A stretch of DNA of 64,000 bases from a bacterium (GCA_965261595.1 CBDHDG010000003.1:128001-192000); one strand, 5' to 3'; counted from the stretch's first letter, positions 51,075 to 62,112 are shown. The notes: a model not told the origin generated them from the letters alone. Numbers and translations are program-made.

Positions 51075-51656
51075 TCAGGCCGGGTTTTCCCGGCACCATC
51101 GCTCGAATTGGAGGCGGATTTCGACGGGACGCAGGTCGTAGGGGACGTTGGGTTGTTCCCACTGTGAGTTCACGGCCAGGCAGATGAAGGACAGGCGGTC
51201 CTCGGAGAGAAACGCGCGGGCCTTTTCCTCGAAGGCCTCGACCGTATCGACCCGGGCCGTCAGGGGGATCCCCGCGCCCCAGGCCATTTCCTCGTACTTC
51301 AGGCCGGCTTTCGCCAGGGGTTGTCCGCCGCTGGATTGGTAGACGTCGTTGTTGAAGACAACGATCATGAGGTTTTTGGGCGACTGGATGGAGGCCGTCA
51401 CCAGGGCGCCCAGGTTCATCAGAACCCCCCCGTCCCCCTCCAGGGCCACAACCCGGTCGTTCGGGCGGCTGAGGGCGACGCCCAGGGCGGCGGGGATCAC
51501 CATCCCCATCGAGTCCGTGACGTAAAAGTTCGAGGGCTTGCCGTTCAGCTCCGCCCAGTGCTCGGTGGTCTCCTCCATGCAGCAGACGGCTATCCCCTCC
51601 GTCAGGATCCCCGCGAGTGTTTCTATGTAAGCGCGTCTGGATGGCAGGCTCATCAC
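51075..51656 (-). CDS. TPP-dependent decarboxylase beta subunit (ComE/phosphonopyruvate decarboxylase-like)
   Basis: SMGM and EGDGGVLMNLG…NN TPP-binding motif. Confidence 0.85.
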   Translation of the reverse strand: MMSLPSRRAYIETLAGILTEGIAVCCMEETTEHWAELNGKPSNFYVTDSMGMVIPAALGVALSRPNDRVVALEGDGGVLMNLGALVTASIQSPKNLMIVVFNNDVYQSSGGQPLAKAGLKYEEMAWGAGIPLTARVDTVEAFEEKARAFLSEDRLSFICLAVNSQWEQPNVPYDLRPVEIRLQFERWCRENPA

Positions 51657-52155
51657 GCCAAATGCTCCCTTTTCAACAGAAGCGCGAAGGGGTGGCTCGA
51701 GGCCTCGGCGAATCGGCCGGCGTCGGCCACCTGATCGGCGAGTCCCCGCCCCGCGTCCGGGATGCGGTAACCGATGCCGAACCCCTTGAGGACCGGCTCG
51801 GTGGCGGCCCCCTTGTGGACGTGATAGTGGAGGGTCTCTTCGGTGTTGCCCCGGTAGCTGATGACAAAGAGGAGGGGGACCTGGTACATCCGGGCGAAAT
51901 TGATTCCGGTTCCGCTGCTCAGGAACCCGGCGTTCTGAAGGACCATGACCGCCTTGGTCCCGGTGGCCAGGGCGCCGACGCAGATGGCGACGCCTTCCTC
52001 CTCCCGGCAGGCGTTGACCGAGATCAAGTCCGGGTCGGCCTCGGCCGCCAGGCAGAGGGGCGCAATCCAGCGGTCGGGAACGTAGACGACCATCTTCGCC
52101 CCCCAGTCCTTGAGGCCCTGGAGGACCTCTTTGTACCGGCCGTCGCTTTCGTCAT
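51653..52155 (-). CDS. TPP-dependent decarboxylase alpha subunit (ComD-like), one base short near the start
   Basis: YVPD, REEEGVAICVG, LQNAG, SYRG; the ATG at 52155 with RBS is one base out of frame at an A-run. Confidence 0.8.
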
Positions 52156-52335
52156 GAAACCGTTGCTTTCCTTATGGAGGGGGTCGGCCCAAGGCCGATG
52201 GGCTCAGCGCTCCGCAAAATCGCCGGATTATATACCGATTTCGGGCGCGGTGCATAGCCGGTATTTCTTGGAGGGACCTACCAGCATCCCCGCGGCGGCC
52301 CGGCCTTCGGCATGGAGGATTGCCGGTCCGGCTGT

Positions 52336-53455
52336 TTAATCTTCCAGGTCGGGCGGGGCGCTGGATGGTTCGTAAGGGCAGAGGGGATCGCTCCCGAGCG
52401 GATCTCCGGTCGCCGCGTAACTCCGCGCCCGGGAGCCGCCGCAGAGGTTGCGGAACTCGCACCACCCGCACTTCCCGGCGTAGCGCCCGGTCTCCCGGAT
52501 GTTCCGGAACAGCTCGGATGAATCGGTAGAGCGCGGCGGGGCTTTCGGTGCGGACGTTCCCCGCCGCCACGGGAAGGAATCCGGAGGGGAAGACCTCGCC
52601 CACGTGGGAGACGAACAGAATTCCGTTGCCGTCGCGGATGCCGAAGCCCATCCCGATGGGGCTCCGCCGGATTTCCGCCGCGCCGCGGCCCTCGGCCCGC
52701 ATTCGCCTCAGGGCGACGCGGCGGAAATGGGGCGCCTCGGTCGTGGCGATCGGAAAGGGGGCCTCGCGGGAGCGGTCGTATAGCCAGTGAAAGAATGTCT
52801 CGCACCTCTCCGGGCTGATCTCCGGCAACTCGGCGCCCCGGCCCGTCGGGACCAGGGTGAAAAGGCTCCACCGGGCGACGTTCAACGTGGAGACCAGGGC
52901 GTAGAGCAGCTCCAGGTCTTCCAGGGTGTCGGCGGTGACGAGCGTATTGATTTGCATCGGAAGGGACTGCTCCCCTACGTCCCGCGCCGCCTCGATGGTC
53001 CGGTCGAAGCACCCCGGGACGCCGCGGAGTCCGTCGTGCCGCCCGGCCGTCGAGCCGTCGAGACTGAGCGCGACGCTCGCGACGCCCAGGGTCTTCAGCC
53101 GGCGGACGACTTCCCGCGTGAGGCTCGGGGTTCCACTGGGGGCGACGGACGTCCGCAGGCCCAGGGCCAGCGCCATTTCCAGCAGCTCGAAGAAGTCCGG
53201 CCGCTTCAGGGGGTCTCCGCCTGTCAGGACGAGGTGCGGAGCGGGCTTGCCGAAATCGAGCAAATCCTCGAGGAGCCGCCCCCCCTCGTCGGTGTTCAGC
53301 GCGTTCGGGTCCCGCTGGGGGATGGCCTCGGCGCGGCAATGCCGGCAGGCCAGGTCGCAGGCCCGGGTGAGCTCCCAGTAGACCAGCCGGGGCGAATCCT
53401 CAAAGCGTAATTGGCCGTAGGCCTCCGTCGATGTCCCGGTTACGGCTTGGTGCAT
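52336..53455 (-). CDS. Radical SAM/SPASM protein (TIGR04053/NirJ-Ahb-like), frameshifted near 52520
   Basis: WELTRACDLACRHCRA, LTGGDPL; an alternate frame supplies GKCGWCEFRNLCGGSRAR…DPLC. Confidence 0.88.
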
Positions 53456-53530
53456 GGCGTTTTTCACCCTCTGCAGGAGAACTCCCGCCTTGCCGTCCGA
53501 ATCGCGGCAACCGCCGGGCAACGGGGGGCG

Positions 53531-54925
53531 TTACCGCAGCGTCATCAGGTAAGAGACCAGGCCCTGAAGCTGCTTGTCGGTCAGGCGGAAGTTGGGGACG
53601 ATGGGGTGGGCGTCCTCCATCTTGGGGTCGGAGAGCCACTTGACCAGGTGTGCGCCCTGGAGGCGGGTCGCGACTCCGCTCAGGTTGGGACCGCGAAAAC
53701 CCCGGGTGGTTGCCGCCGGCTTGCGGCCGTTCAATGCGTGGCACGAAGAGCAGGCCATCCGGTCGAACAGGGCCTTCCCCCGGGCGATCGCCTTCGGGTC
53801 GGCCGTCGGCTTGATGAGACGCGCGCCTTCGTCTTTCAGCGCCATCAGATAGGCCGAGACGGCCTGCACCTCCGGCTCGGCGAGGCGGAAGTTGGGCATC
53901 CGGGCCTTCGATCCCAGGCGATATCCGTCCGGACGGATGGTGTGGGGCTTTCGCAGGAAGTCCTTCAGCCATCTCTCGCTGACCTTGCTGCCCTCATACC
54001 GCAGGATCGGTCCCACCTTGAGCGTGCGGTGGAACCCCCGGACGTTGTGGCAGCCGGCGCAGTTGATCTCGTCCATCAGGCGGTACCCCTCGGCGGCCGT
54101 CACATTGGGGTAGCGGCGCAGGGCCTTGTAATATCCCCTGGATCTCCCCGAGACGCGGCTCATGAGGTAATCGCGGATGGAGAGCATCATCTCCTCTGCG
54201 CCTTCCATCAACGGGTCGCCGTCCTCGAAGAAGAAGTTGGGCATTTTGGTTCCGGGATAGATGGACTGCGGGTCCCGGAGGAACCGCGTCATCCAGTCGG
54301 GGTTGAGCCGGCGGTCCCGCATGTCCCGGACGATGTGTTTCGTCAGGGCCAGGGCCTCCCGGTCCGTCAGGCGGAAATCGGGCATCCGGACCTTGAGCCA
54401 CGGCCGCAAGGTGTGGGGATTCTTCAAGAAGGCGTATAACCAGTCCGCGCGGAGCTTGTCGCCGAGGAAGGTGATGTCCGGGGCGGGCATCACGTGGGCG
54501 TGGACGTGGCCTTCCTCCTCGATCCGGACGTGGCACGCGTTGCAGTGCAGGTCCTTGACGAGCTGCTTCCCCCGGGTCGCGAGCGGAGAGAGCGCCTTCT
54601 CGCTTCCGGCGTCGCCCGGGGGTTTTCCCTGTCCGTGCCCGGGCATGCCGCGCATACCCATGCCCGGCATGTCTCGCGCACCCATGCCCGGCATGCCGCG
54701 GGGCTTGACCTCTCCGGCGTCCTCGTGGGGTTGGGTCCCTTCGGCGTGTCCATGGGGTTCGGCCTTCTTGGGCGCTGTCGTTTTGGACGGGGTGGATTGT
54801 TTCTTTTTCGCGTGACCGTGACCCTCGTCCGACGAGGCGTACGGGGCGGGCATCCATGCAAGTGAGACCCACAGGGCCAGGGCAACACCCCATCGCGCCC
54901 CCGGATATCTATGCGCACCGATCAT
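53531..54925 (-). CDS. Exported multiheme cytochrome c with a His/Met-rich N-terminus
   Basis: Signal peptide; CNACH, CAGCH, CSSCH; four W-L-x-x-F-L-x-x-P…MP-N/D-F repeats. Confidence 0.9.
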   Translation of the reverse strand: MIGAHRYPGARWGVALALWVSLAWMPAPYASSDEGHGHAKKKQSTPSKTTAPKKAEPHGHAEGTQPHEDAGEVKPRGMPGMGARDMPGMGMRGMPGHGQGKPPGDAGSEKALSPLATRGKQLVKDLHCNACHVRIEEEGHVHAHVMPAPDITFLGDKLRADWLYAFLKNPHTLRPWLKVRMPDFRLTDREALALTKHIVRDMRDRRLNPDWMTRFLRDPQSIYPGTKMPNFFFEDGDPLMEGAEEMMLSIRDYLMSRVSGRSRGYYKALRRYPNVTAAEGYRLMDEINCAGCHNVRGFHRTLKVGPILRYEGSKVSERWLKDFLRKPHTIRPDGYRLGSKARMPNFRLAEPEVQAVSAYLMALKDEGARLIKPTADPKAIARGKALFDRMACSSCHALNGRKPAATTRGFRGPNLSGVATRLQGAHLVKWLSDPKMEDAHPIVPNFRLTDKQLQGLVSYLMTLR

Positions 54926-55692
54926 TTCCGTGTCCCCTTCGTTTTGGTTTTCGCTCGGCCTTACTCAGGGGCTCCGTGCCTTCCCGCCCCCCCTTGGTTG
55001 TTTTTGCCCAAGGCCTTGGAGCTCAAATGACTCCGGGTCAGGCCGGTTCAACCGCGACCACATGAATTAGAAGATATTGTGAATATTTTCACAAAGGTAT
55101 GATCTGGATCATGTTCAGCCGGTTGGGTCGGAAGGGAATGCGGGGGGAAGTCCCGGAACGATGACCGATCCCCGGACGACGCCGGGCGAGGTGGAGGGGG
55201 GGAGAGGGGATTTCTCCCGCCGGCAGGAGAAGACATGGAGGTCCGCGCCGCGTTTCCTGAAGTTTCAAGCTGGAAATGGTTGTCGGACTTCCGCGAGCTC
55301 GTGATCGAATTTTGAGATACCGACGCTGAACAAGGTCGGTAGGATGATTGGCTGGCGAATATCCAGACCATTTCCCTTTAACCTGCATTTCTCACAAAGC
55401 TGATGGTTTCGTGTTTCGCTTAGCGAAAGGATGGCGCGGCTTTGTCGCCTTGAAGGTGGCGAATATACGCAACGGTCGGTTTTTCGGGCGGGGACGGGGA
55501 AAACCCCTACGGGTATAAACAGGGTTTTTCGTCGTAGGGGCCGGTTTTGAGCCAGCCGTCCCGGCCCGTCACACTCCCATTGGAAACAGAATGCTGGGAC
55601 TTGGTCAGCATCCGTCCGTTGGGTCAATGATTGAAAGCTAACCGGTTCAATCGGCTTATCCCGTTCGGGTGTTTCAGGTGGTACGAAACCGA

Positions 55693-55865
55693 GGTTAGGC
55701 ATCAGGCAGTAGGCCCAGGCCTGCACGTTCCAGCGGGAGCACCACTTCAGAGATCAGACGGAGGTATTCCTCATAATCCTATTCACAGAAAAAGGTCTCC
55801 TGCCTGCGATTGCCCTGCTGAGTGACGGGTAAGCCTGGCGCCACGACCCGTGCGATTCTTGCCAT
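55693..55865 (-). pseudogene. REP-associated tyrosine transposase (RAYT) N-terminal remnant
   Basis: MARIARVVAPGLPVTQQGNRRQETFF, a stop and a frameshift, then WAYCLMPN. Confidence 0.8.
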
Positions 55866-55893
55866 GCACCGACTCTATGGAGGCGCAAAGCAA

Positions 55894-57327
55894 GAGTCAA
55901 TGCCATACTTAGTTGAAATTCCGGAGTGACCCCTGGGTGCATGTTAGGCCACCTCGCGCTCGTCGCTGTCAGCCCGAAGGCCGAGCGCAGAGCGGATGGC
56001 GGCCCTCAAGACCTGCAGATGCCGGCAGCCCTGGATCCGGTTCAGCCGAGGCTCGATGTCGAGGAGCGCCGTGGCCACCCAGCGCTGCTTCTGGTCGCTG
56101 TTGCGCCAGTGGTCCACCCTGTCCGTTCGCTGAGCAATGAGCGACATGATCGACTCCAAGCAGTTCGTCGTCTTCAGGCTTCTCCCCAAGATGGGACAAG
56201 ACCCCCAGGCGATGGAGCGTCAAGGTCTCCTCCAGGCCTTCGTCCAGGCTCTTCACCGCCGAGCGGTTGAGCAGCTCAAGCTCTTTGCGAAGCCTCCCGA
56301 GCGCCCCCTTGGCCCCCTCGCAAGTGGGCTCATCATAAGCCGCCTGGAGTTTCCGCCCGATGCGCCCCTGCCGGCCCTTGGGCAGGTGGCTGAGCACGCC
56401 CTCGCGCTTATGCCACTGGCAGCGCTGCACCACCGCGTGTGCCTCAAAAACCCGCCGGATCGCCGCCCGAAGGCCCTTGGAGCCGTCGATCACACAGAGC
56501 AGACCTGCCTCAGAGCGCAGCCCCCGCTCCACCAACTCCCGCAAAAACGCCGTCAACGCCCGCTCGGTCCCGGTCCCGGTCTGAACAAACCCCAACACCA
56601 CCTTTTCGCCCTGAACCGTGATGCCCAGGGCAATCACCATGAGGTCGTCCTCAAAGCGCTTGCCGTCCAGGACCAGGCCCACGAAGTCATACCCTTGCAG
56701 GGGGGGCGCTCGCAGAGATCTTTGAGCTTGCGGGCGCTGGCCCGGATGAAGCGGCGCGAGACCGCCGAGGGGGAAAGCCCAAAGGCCTCGGGCGCCGCCT
56801 CGGCGCATCCCTCATAGTCCCGACAACTCAGCCCCTTCAGCACCCGGCGGAACAGCCCGGCATCGGCCCCGCGCGGCCTCTGCAAGCGCGTGTACGTCTC
56901 CAGCGGCGCCTCCTGGCCGGTGAGGCGATTTCTGACCCGAGGAACCTGGATGGGCAGCTTCTGATCGGCCAAATACACCGAGCCTCGCTGACGGCCCCAC
57001 CGCACGTGACCGGCCAAGCCGTCCCCACGACGGCAGCGCGCCCCCGCCAAGCGTGCCACGTCCGCCTTCAGGCAATCCCCCACCGCCATCAACCCCAAAG
57101 GGATCAACGCCTGGATCAACTCGACCAACGTGTCCACCGGAGCATGCAGCGCAAAATCCGCCAACGTGACCCGCTTCGGCTCTTCACCCTTGACCTGCCT
57201 CTTCCCTCGTCGCACCATGTTCATGGAGCGTCTCCTTTCCTTCGGTGGGTGGATGTGCATCTCACACAACCCAACTCCACCACGGGGGGGCGCTCCGTCA
57301 ATTTTCAACTAAGTTTGGCATACCCTC
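55894..57327 (-). mobile_element. IS256-family element type B, copy 1 (transposase doubly frameshifted)
   Basis: Ends GAGTCAATGCCATACTTAGTTGAAA and GAGGGTATGCCAAACTTAGTTGAAA; flanks CAAAGCAA and CAAAAGCAA; LDGK, VIDGSKGL, QRCQWHK, TTNCLES. Confidence 0.92.
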
Positions 57328-57423
57328 CAAAAGCAAAAGGCAAAAATTAAGTATGGTGTCCCTGGAATTCCCTTGACCTGGTGGTCCCCCGCTCTAGGGT
57401 TTTGTTGGACACTCGATTGATCC

Positions 57424-57837
57424 ATGATTCATGGAGAAAGGGGTGTCGCGATGAACGAACAAAAGCAAGAGGGGGCTTTGGCGGAGGGCGCCCGCAGGGC
57501 GAACGGAGCCAAGGCCCCAGGGCATCGCAGTGAGCGGGGTCGGTTCTCCTGCCAGCGCAAGCGGGAGGCGGTCCTGCGTCTTTTGCGGGGCGAGAGCCTG
57601 GAGACGCTCTGCCGCGAGTTGGGCACGACAGCGGCTCGGCTTTCCGCCTGGCGCGAGGCGTTCCTTCGCGGGGGCGAGGCGGCGCTCAAAGCCCGCCCGG
57701 CGGATGAGCGGGACGAGGAGAACGCCCGGCTCAAGGCCAAGGTGGGCGAACTCACGATGGAGGGCGAGGTCCTGCGGGAGAAGATCGACCGCCTGGAGGC
57801 CGGCCGCCCTTTAGCCGGCAGGAGGTGGAGGCGATGA
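57424..57837 (+). CDS. IS3-family OrfA (copy 3)
   Basis: Identical protein to 6271-6684. Confidence 0.9.
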   Translation: MIHGERGVAMNEQKQEGALAEGARRANGAKAPGHRSERGRFSCQRKREAVLRLLRGESLETLCRELGTTAARLSAWREAFLRGGEAALKARPADERDEENARLKAKVGELTMEGEVLREKIDRLEAGRPLAGRRWRR

Positions 57838-58742
57838 GTCAGGCCCGCTTCACCTCCACGGGCAGAGCCTACGGCCTGAAGCGGGTGTGCGCCCTTTGGG
57901 GCTTGGCGCGCTCCACGGTCTACGCGCAACGGCGGCGAGAGGCGGTCCCCGTTCATGAACGCCCCACGCCCCATAAGCGCGGCCCTGTGGGCCCGTGCAC
58001 CGATGCGGAACTCCTCGGCCACATCCGGCAGGTCCTGGAGGACTCTCCCTTCCATGGCGAGGGCTACCGTAAGGTGTGGGCGAGGCTGCGCTTCGCGGGC
58101 ATCCGCACCAGCAAGGAGCGGGTGCGTCGCCTGATGCGGGAGGCGGGGCTTCAGGCCCCCCACCGGGTGGGCAAACCCCGAGGTCCCAAGGCCCACAACG
58201 GGACCATCCGCACCGAGCGGCCCGACCGAATGTGGGGCACGGACATGACGACGACGGTGACCACCGAGGAGGGGATGGCCTCGGTGTTCGTGGCGGTGGA
58301 TCACTGCTCGGTGGACTGCGTGGGGATCCATGCGGCCAAGAGCGGCAACCGCTTCGAGGCCCTGGAGCCGATCCGGCAGGGGGTCGCCGAGCGCTTCGCC
58401 GGCTTGGAGGCGGACGTCGCCGAGGGGCTTAAAGTTCGTCACGACCACGGCCCCGCCTATCTGTCCGATGACTTTCAGCGGGAGATCGCCTACCTGGGCA
58501 TGACCAGTTCGCCCAGCTTCGTGCGGGCGCCCGAGGGAAATGGCTACTGTGAGTGGTTTATCCGCATCTTGAAGGAGAATCTCCTGTGGGTGCGCTCTTT
58601 CGCCACCGTAGAGGAACTGCGGTGGGCGCTGCTTGAGTTCAAGAACCTGTATAACCATCATTGGATTCTCGAGGGCTACGGCTACCGAACGCCGGCCCAG
58701 GCAAGGCAGGAAAAACTCGCTCAAGTTGCGGAGGCCGCATGA
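57825..58742 (+). CDS. IS3-family OrfB (copy 3)
   Basis: Differs from copy 1 by an N-to-H change in TPNKRG. Confidence 0.92.
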   Translation: MEAMSQARFTSTGRAYGLKRVCALWGLARSTVYAQRRREAVPVHERPTPHKRGPVGPCTDAELLGHIRQVLEDSPFHGEGYRKVWARLRFAGIRTSKERVRRLMREAGLQAPHRVGKPRGPKAHNGTIRTERPDRMWGTDMTTTVTTEEGMASVFVAVDHCSVDCVGIHAAKSGNRFEALEPIRQGVAERFAGLEADVAEGLKVRHDHGPAYLSDDFQREIAYLGMTSSPSFVRAPEGNGYCEWFIRILKENLLWVRSFATVEELRWALLEFKNLYNHHWILEGYGYRTPAQARQEKLAQVAEAA

Positions 58743-58854
58743 GGTCGAATACCCTCACCCGAGTGTCCAATAACCCAGGGGCGGTCCAAAGTTGCGGAGG
58801 CCGCATGAGGTCGAATACCCTCACCCGAGTGTCCAATAACCCAGGGGCGGTCCA
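58723..58854 (+). repeat. Perfect 66-bp tandem duplication of the IS right end
   Basis: 58723-58788 equals 58789-58854. Confidence 0.95.
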
Positions 58855-59064
58855 GTGGAGACGGGGGGATCAGTCTGTGCCGAACTCCCCTGAGTGTGCT
58901 GGTAGAGCTGAGTTTTCAAGGGATTGCGGCTTTAAGACGGCCATAGCCCCTCAATTGAGCAGATGGTTCTGCAAACAGACCCGGAATTTGTAGTAAAATC
59001 AGGCTTCCGTGATGTCACACGAGGGCAGCAGGATGGCTAAAAGTGGTCATCTGGGAAATCCCGG
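58855..59064 (+). mobile_element. IS1380-like right-end remnant, copy B
   Basis: Homologous to the reverse complement of 28468-28675; ends in CATCTGGGAAATCCCGG. Confidence 0.6.
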
Positions 59065-59239
59065 GTGATCACCCCCTACACTCATTCCAAACGAAACACC
59101 TAAGTTAATAGGGAAAGCTAGGTTTGGTCCAACCTTGAGATTGATTCGAGAAGACGACAATGAAGTCCGGAGCTTTAAGGAATGGATTTATTCCACGTGG
59201 AGTGGAAGAAATCCTCTATAGACGGGTGATCCTCCCCTC

Positions 59240-59283
59240 AAAAAACAGGGAGGGCGATGGGTCCACAGACCCTTCGCCCTCCC
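59240..59283 (-). terminator. Rho-independent terminator
   Basis: GGGAGGGCGA.GGGTC-loop-GACCC.TCGCCCTCCC stem followed by TGTTTTTT on the minus strand. Confidence 0.75.
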
Positions 59284-59335
59284 GCTCGAAACCCTTCTTC
59301 ACCAACCGGCGCAGCTCAGGTGTTGCGCCCGCCCC

Positions 59336-60362
59336 TTACATCTTCGGCAGCTTTGGCTTGGGGAGGTTCTTGGGCAGAAATTTCGCCGTGTAGATGTCAT
59401 CGAGCGCCGGGGGATTTTTCAACTTGTAGGCCTTGGTGATGGCCTCGAGGGTATATTTCATGACCCCGCGGTCGAAATGCCCCAGGCCGTGCTTCTTCAG
59501 GCTCCCCCACACCTGGAACCGGCTGCTGAGGTTCCAAAAACCCGCTGTCATCGAGCGGTTGGCGTCGGGGTGGAACTTCTGGAAGATGTCCACGGCCTCC
59601 TTCGGGTGCTCGATGGCCCAGGCGTTCCCCTTGAGGGTGGCGGAGAGAAAGCGTCTGATCTGGCCGGGTTTTTCCGCGATGGTCTTGTCGTGGGCCACGA
59701 TGCCGTCGGTGGGCAGCCGGATGCCGAAGTCGCTCCACAGAAACTCCACGATGCCGTCGCCCATCTTCTTTGCCTGCAACCTCAAGGGAATGCCCACCGT
59801 GGTGAACGTCCCGATGGCATCCACCTTCTTGGCCAGAAGGCTTGGGTTCTTCGCTACCGGCCGCAGAAACACCCATTTCCACTTTTTCAGTCCCACGGTC
59901 TGAGAAAACACAGCAAAGCTGCGGTGGGTAACGTCGGCGACCGCCACCCCGATGGTTTTCCCCTCGAGGTCTTTGGGGGTCCGGATGCCCGAGCTCTTGA
60001 GCATGAAGAGGGTGTACATCCCGCGCTCGTGCCAGACGGAGACCATCTTCACGGGGATATCCTTGCTGCGGGCGATCACGACGGAGCTCATGCCGTCGAT
60101 GCCGTAATCGTGCTTGCCCGCGGCCACCGAGGTGGCGGCTGACCCGAAGCCCCGGTCGAGGGTCACGTCGAGCCCTTCGGCCTTGTAATATCCTTTTTCC
60201 CTGGCGGCGAAATACCCGGCGAACTTCCCGTAGGAGACCCAATCAAACTGAAAGCGGCACCTTCTCTGCGGCCGACGCCTTCGCAGGGAAGAACCCTGTA
60301 TCGGTCATCCCGAAAAATGCGAAAATGATCACAAGAGCCGATACGAGATAGTCTTTTCTCAT
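59336..60362 (-). CDS. NMT1/THI5/SsuA-like ABC substrate-binding protein, frameshifted near 60258
   Basis: Signal peptide with RBS at 60362; an alternate frame gives FQFDW…FAAREKGYYKAEGLDV; IRTPKDLEGKTIG. Confidence 0.85.
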
Positions 60363-60514
60363 CGCCTTACCCCTCCTTCATCAAACCCGCTCTCTTCGTT
60401 GGGCGACCCTCGGGAGTCAAGCGTGAGACCACCCCCCCGGAGAGTCGACACAGACCTTCCCCTTTTCTATCAGCCGGAATTCCCCATTTCAAATCCGGAA
60501 AGGCCTGAATTGAC

Positions 60515-61949
60515 GAGGGTATGCCAAACTTAGTTGAAAATTGACGGAGCGCCCCCCCCGTGGTGGAGTTGGGTTGTGTGAGATGCACATCCACCCACCG
60601 AAGGAAAGGAGACGCTCCATGAACACGGTGCGACGAGGGAAGAGGCAGGTCAAGGGTGAAGAGCCGAAGCGGGTCACGTTGGCGGATTTTGCGCTGCATG
60701 CTCCGGCTTACACGTTGGTCGAGTCTCTCCAGGCGTTGATCCCTTTGGGGTTGATGGCGGTGGGGGATTGTCTGAAGGCGGACGTGGCACGCTTGGCGGG
60801 GGCGCGCTGCCGTCGTGGGGACGGCTTGGCCGGTCACGTGCGGTGGGGCCGTCAGCGAGGCTCGGTGTATTTGGCCGATCAGAAGCTGCCCATCCAGGTT
60901 CCTCGGGTCAGAAATCGCCTCACCGGCCAGGAGGCGCCGCTGGAGACGTACACGCGCTTGCAGAGGCCGCGCGGGGCCGATGCCGGGCTGTTCCGCCGGG
61001 TGCTGAAGGGGCTGAGTTGTCGGGACTATGAGGGATGCGCCGAGGCGGCGCCCGAGGCCTTTGGGCTTTCCCCCTCGGCGGTCTCGCGCCGCTTCATCCG
61101 GGCCAGCGCCCGCAAGCTCAAAGAGCTCTGCGAGCGCCCCCCCTGCAAGGGTATGACTTCGTGGGCCTGGTCCTGGACGGCAAGCGCTTTGAGGACGACC
61201 TCATGGTGATTGCCCTGGGCATCACGGTTCAGGGCGAAAAGGTGGTGTTGGGGTTTGTTCAGACCGGGACCGGGACCGAGCGGGCGTTGACGGCGTTTTT
61301 GCGGGAGTTGGTGGAGCGGGGGCTGCGCTCTGAGGCAGGTCTGCTCTGTGTGATCGACGGCTCCAAGGGCCTTCGGGCGGCGATCCGGCGGGTTTTTGAG
61401 GCACACGCGGTGGTGCAGCGCTGCCAGTGGCATAAGCGCGAGGGCGTGCTCAGCCACCTGCCCAAGGGCCGGCAGGGGCGCATCGGGCGGAAACTCCAGG
61501 CGGCTTATGATGAGCCCACTTGCGAGGGGGCCAAGGGGGCGCTCGGGAGGCTTCGCAAAGAGCTTGAGCTGCTCAACCGCTCGGCGGTGAAGAGCCTGGA
61601 CGAAGGCCTGGAGGAGACCTTGACGCTCCATCGCCTGGGGGTCTTGTCCCATCTTGGGGAGAAGCCTGAAGACGACGAACTGCTTGGAGTCGATCATGTC
61701 GCTCATTGCTCAGCGAACGGACAGGGTGGACCACTGGCGCAACAGCGACCAGAAGCAGCGCTGGGTGGCCACGGCGCTCCTCGACATCGAGCCTCGGCTG
61801 AACCGGATCCAGGGCTGCCGGCATCTGCAGGTCTTGAGGGCCGCCATCCGCTCTGCGCTCGGCCTTCGGGCTGACAGCGACGAGCGCGAGGTGGCCTAAC
61901 ATGCACCCAGGGGTCACTCCGGAATTTCAACTAAGTATGGCATTGACTC
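60515..61949 (+). mobile_element. IS256-family element type B, copy 2 (same two frameshifts)
   Basis: 8-bp TSD GAATTGAC (60507-60514, 61950-61957); near-identical to 55894-57327. Confidence 0.93.
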
Positions 61950-62112
61950 GAATTGACCACTCTTTGCTATTTAGCCCGATTAGACCCCCTCTCTACCGGA
62001 CCTGTCACCGCCTTTTCGGGAGCTACACCCGCATCGAGTACGCGGAGAACGTCCACCGGCAGCCGTTCACCCCGTAAAAGATCGTGGCGATTCCCCGGAC
62101 GCTGGAGAAGGC

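Larger units (their letters stand above)
57385..58854 (+). mobile_element. IS3-family (IS2-like) element, copy 3, with a duplicated right end
   Basis: orfA 57424-57837, orfB 57825-58742; TSD GTGG (57381-57384, 58855-58858). Confidence 0.95.

Noticed and set aside
58723..58854. CRISPR-like repeat
   Set aside because: Two abutting copies with no spacer, derived from an IS end; no cas genes.
55894..61949. Composite transposon formed by the inverted IS256-B copies
   Set aside because: Each copy has its own target duplication, so they inserted independently.
62025..62112. IEYAENVHRQPFTP*KIVAI, resembling a ParB-like fragment
   Set aside because: Too short and interrupted to support a call.
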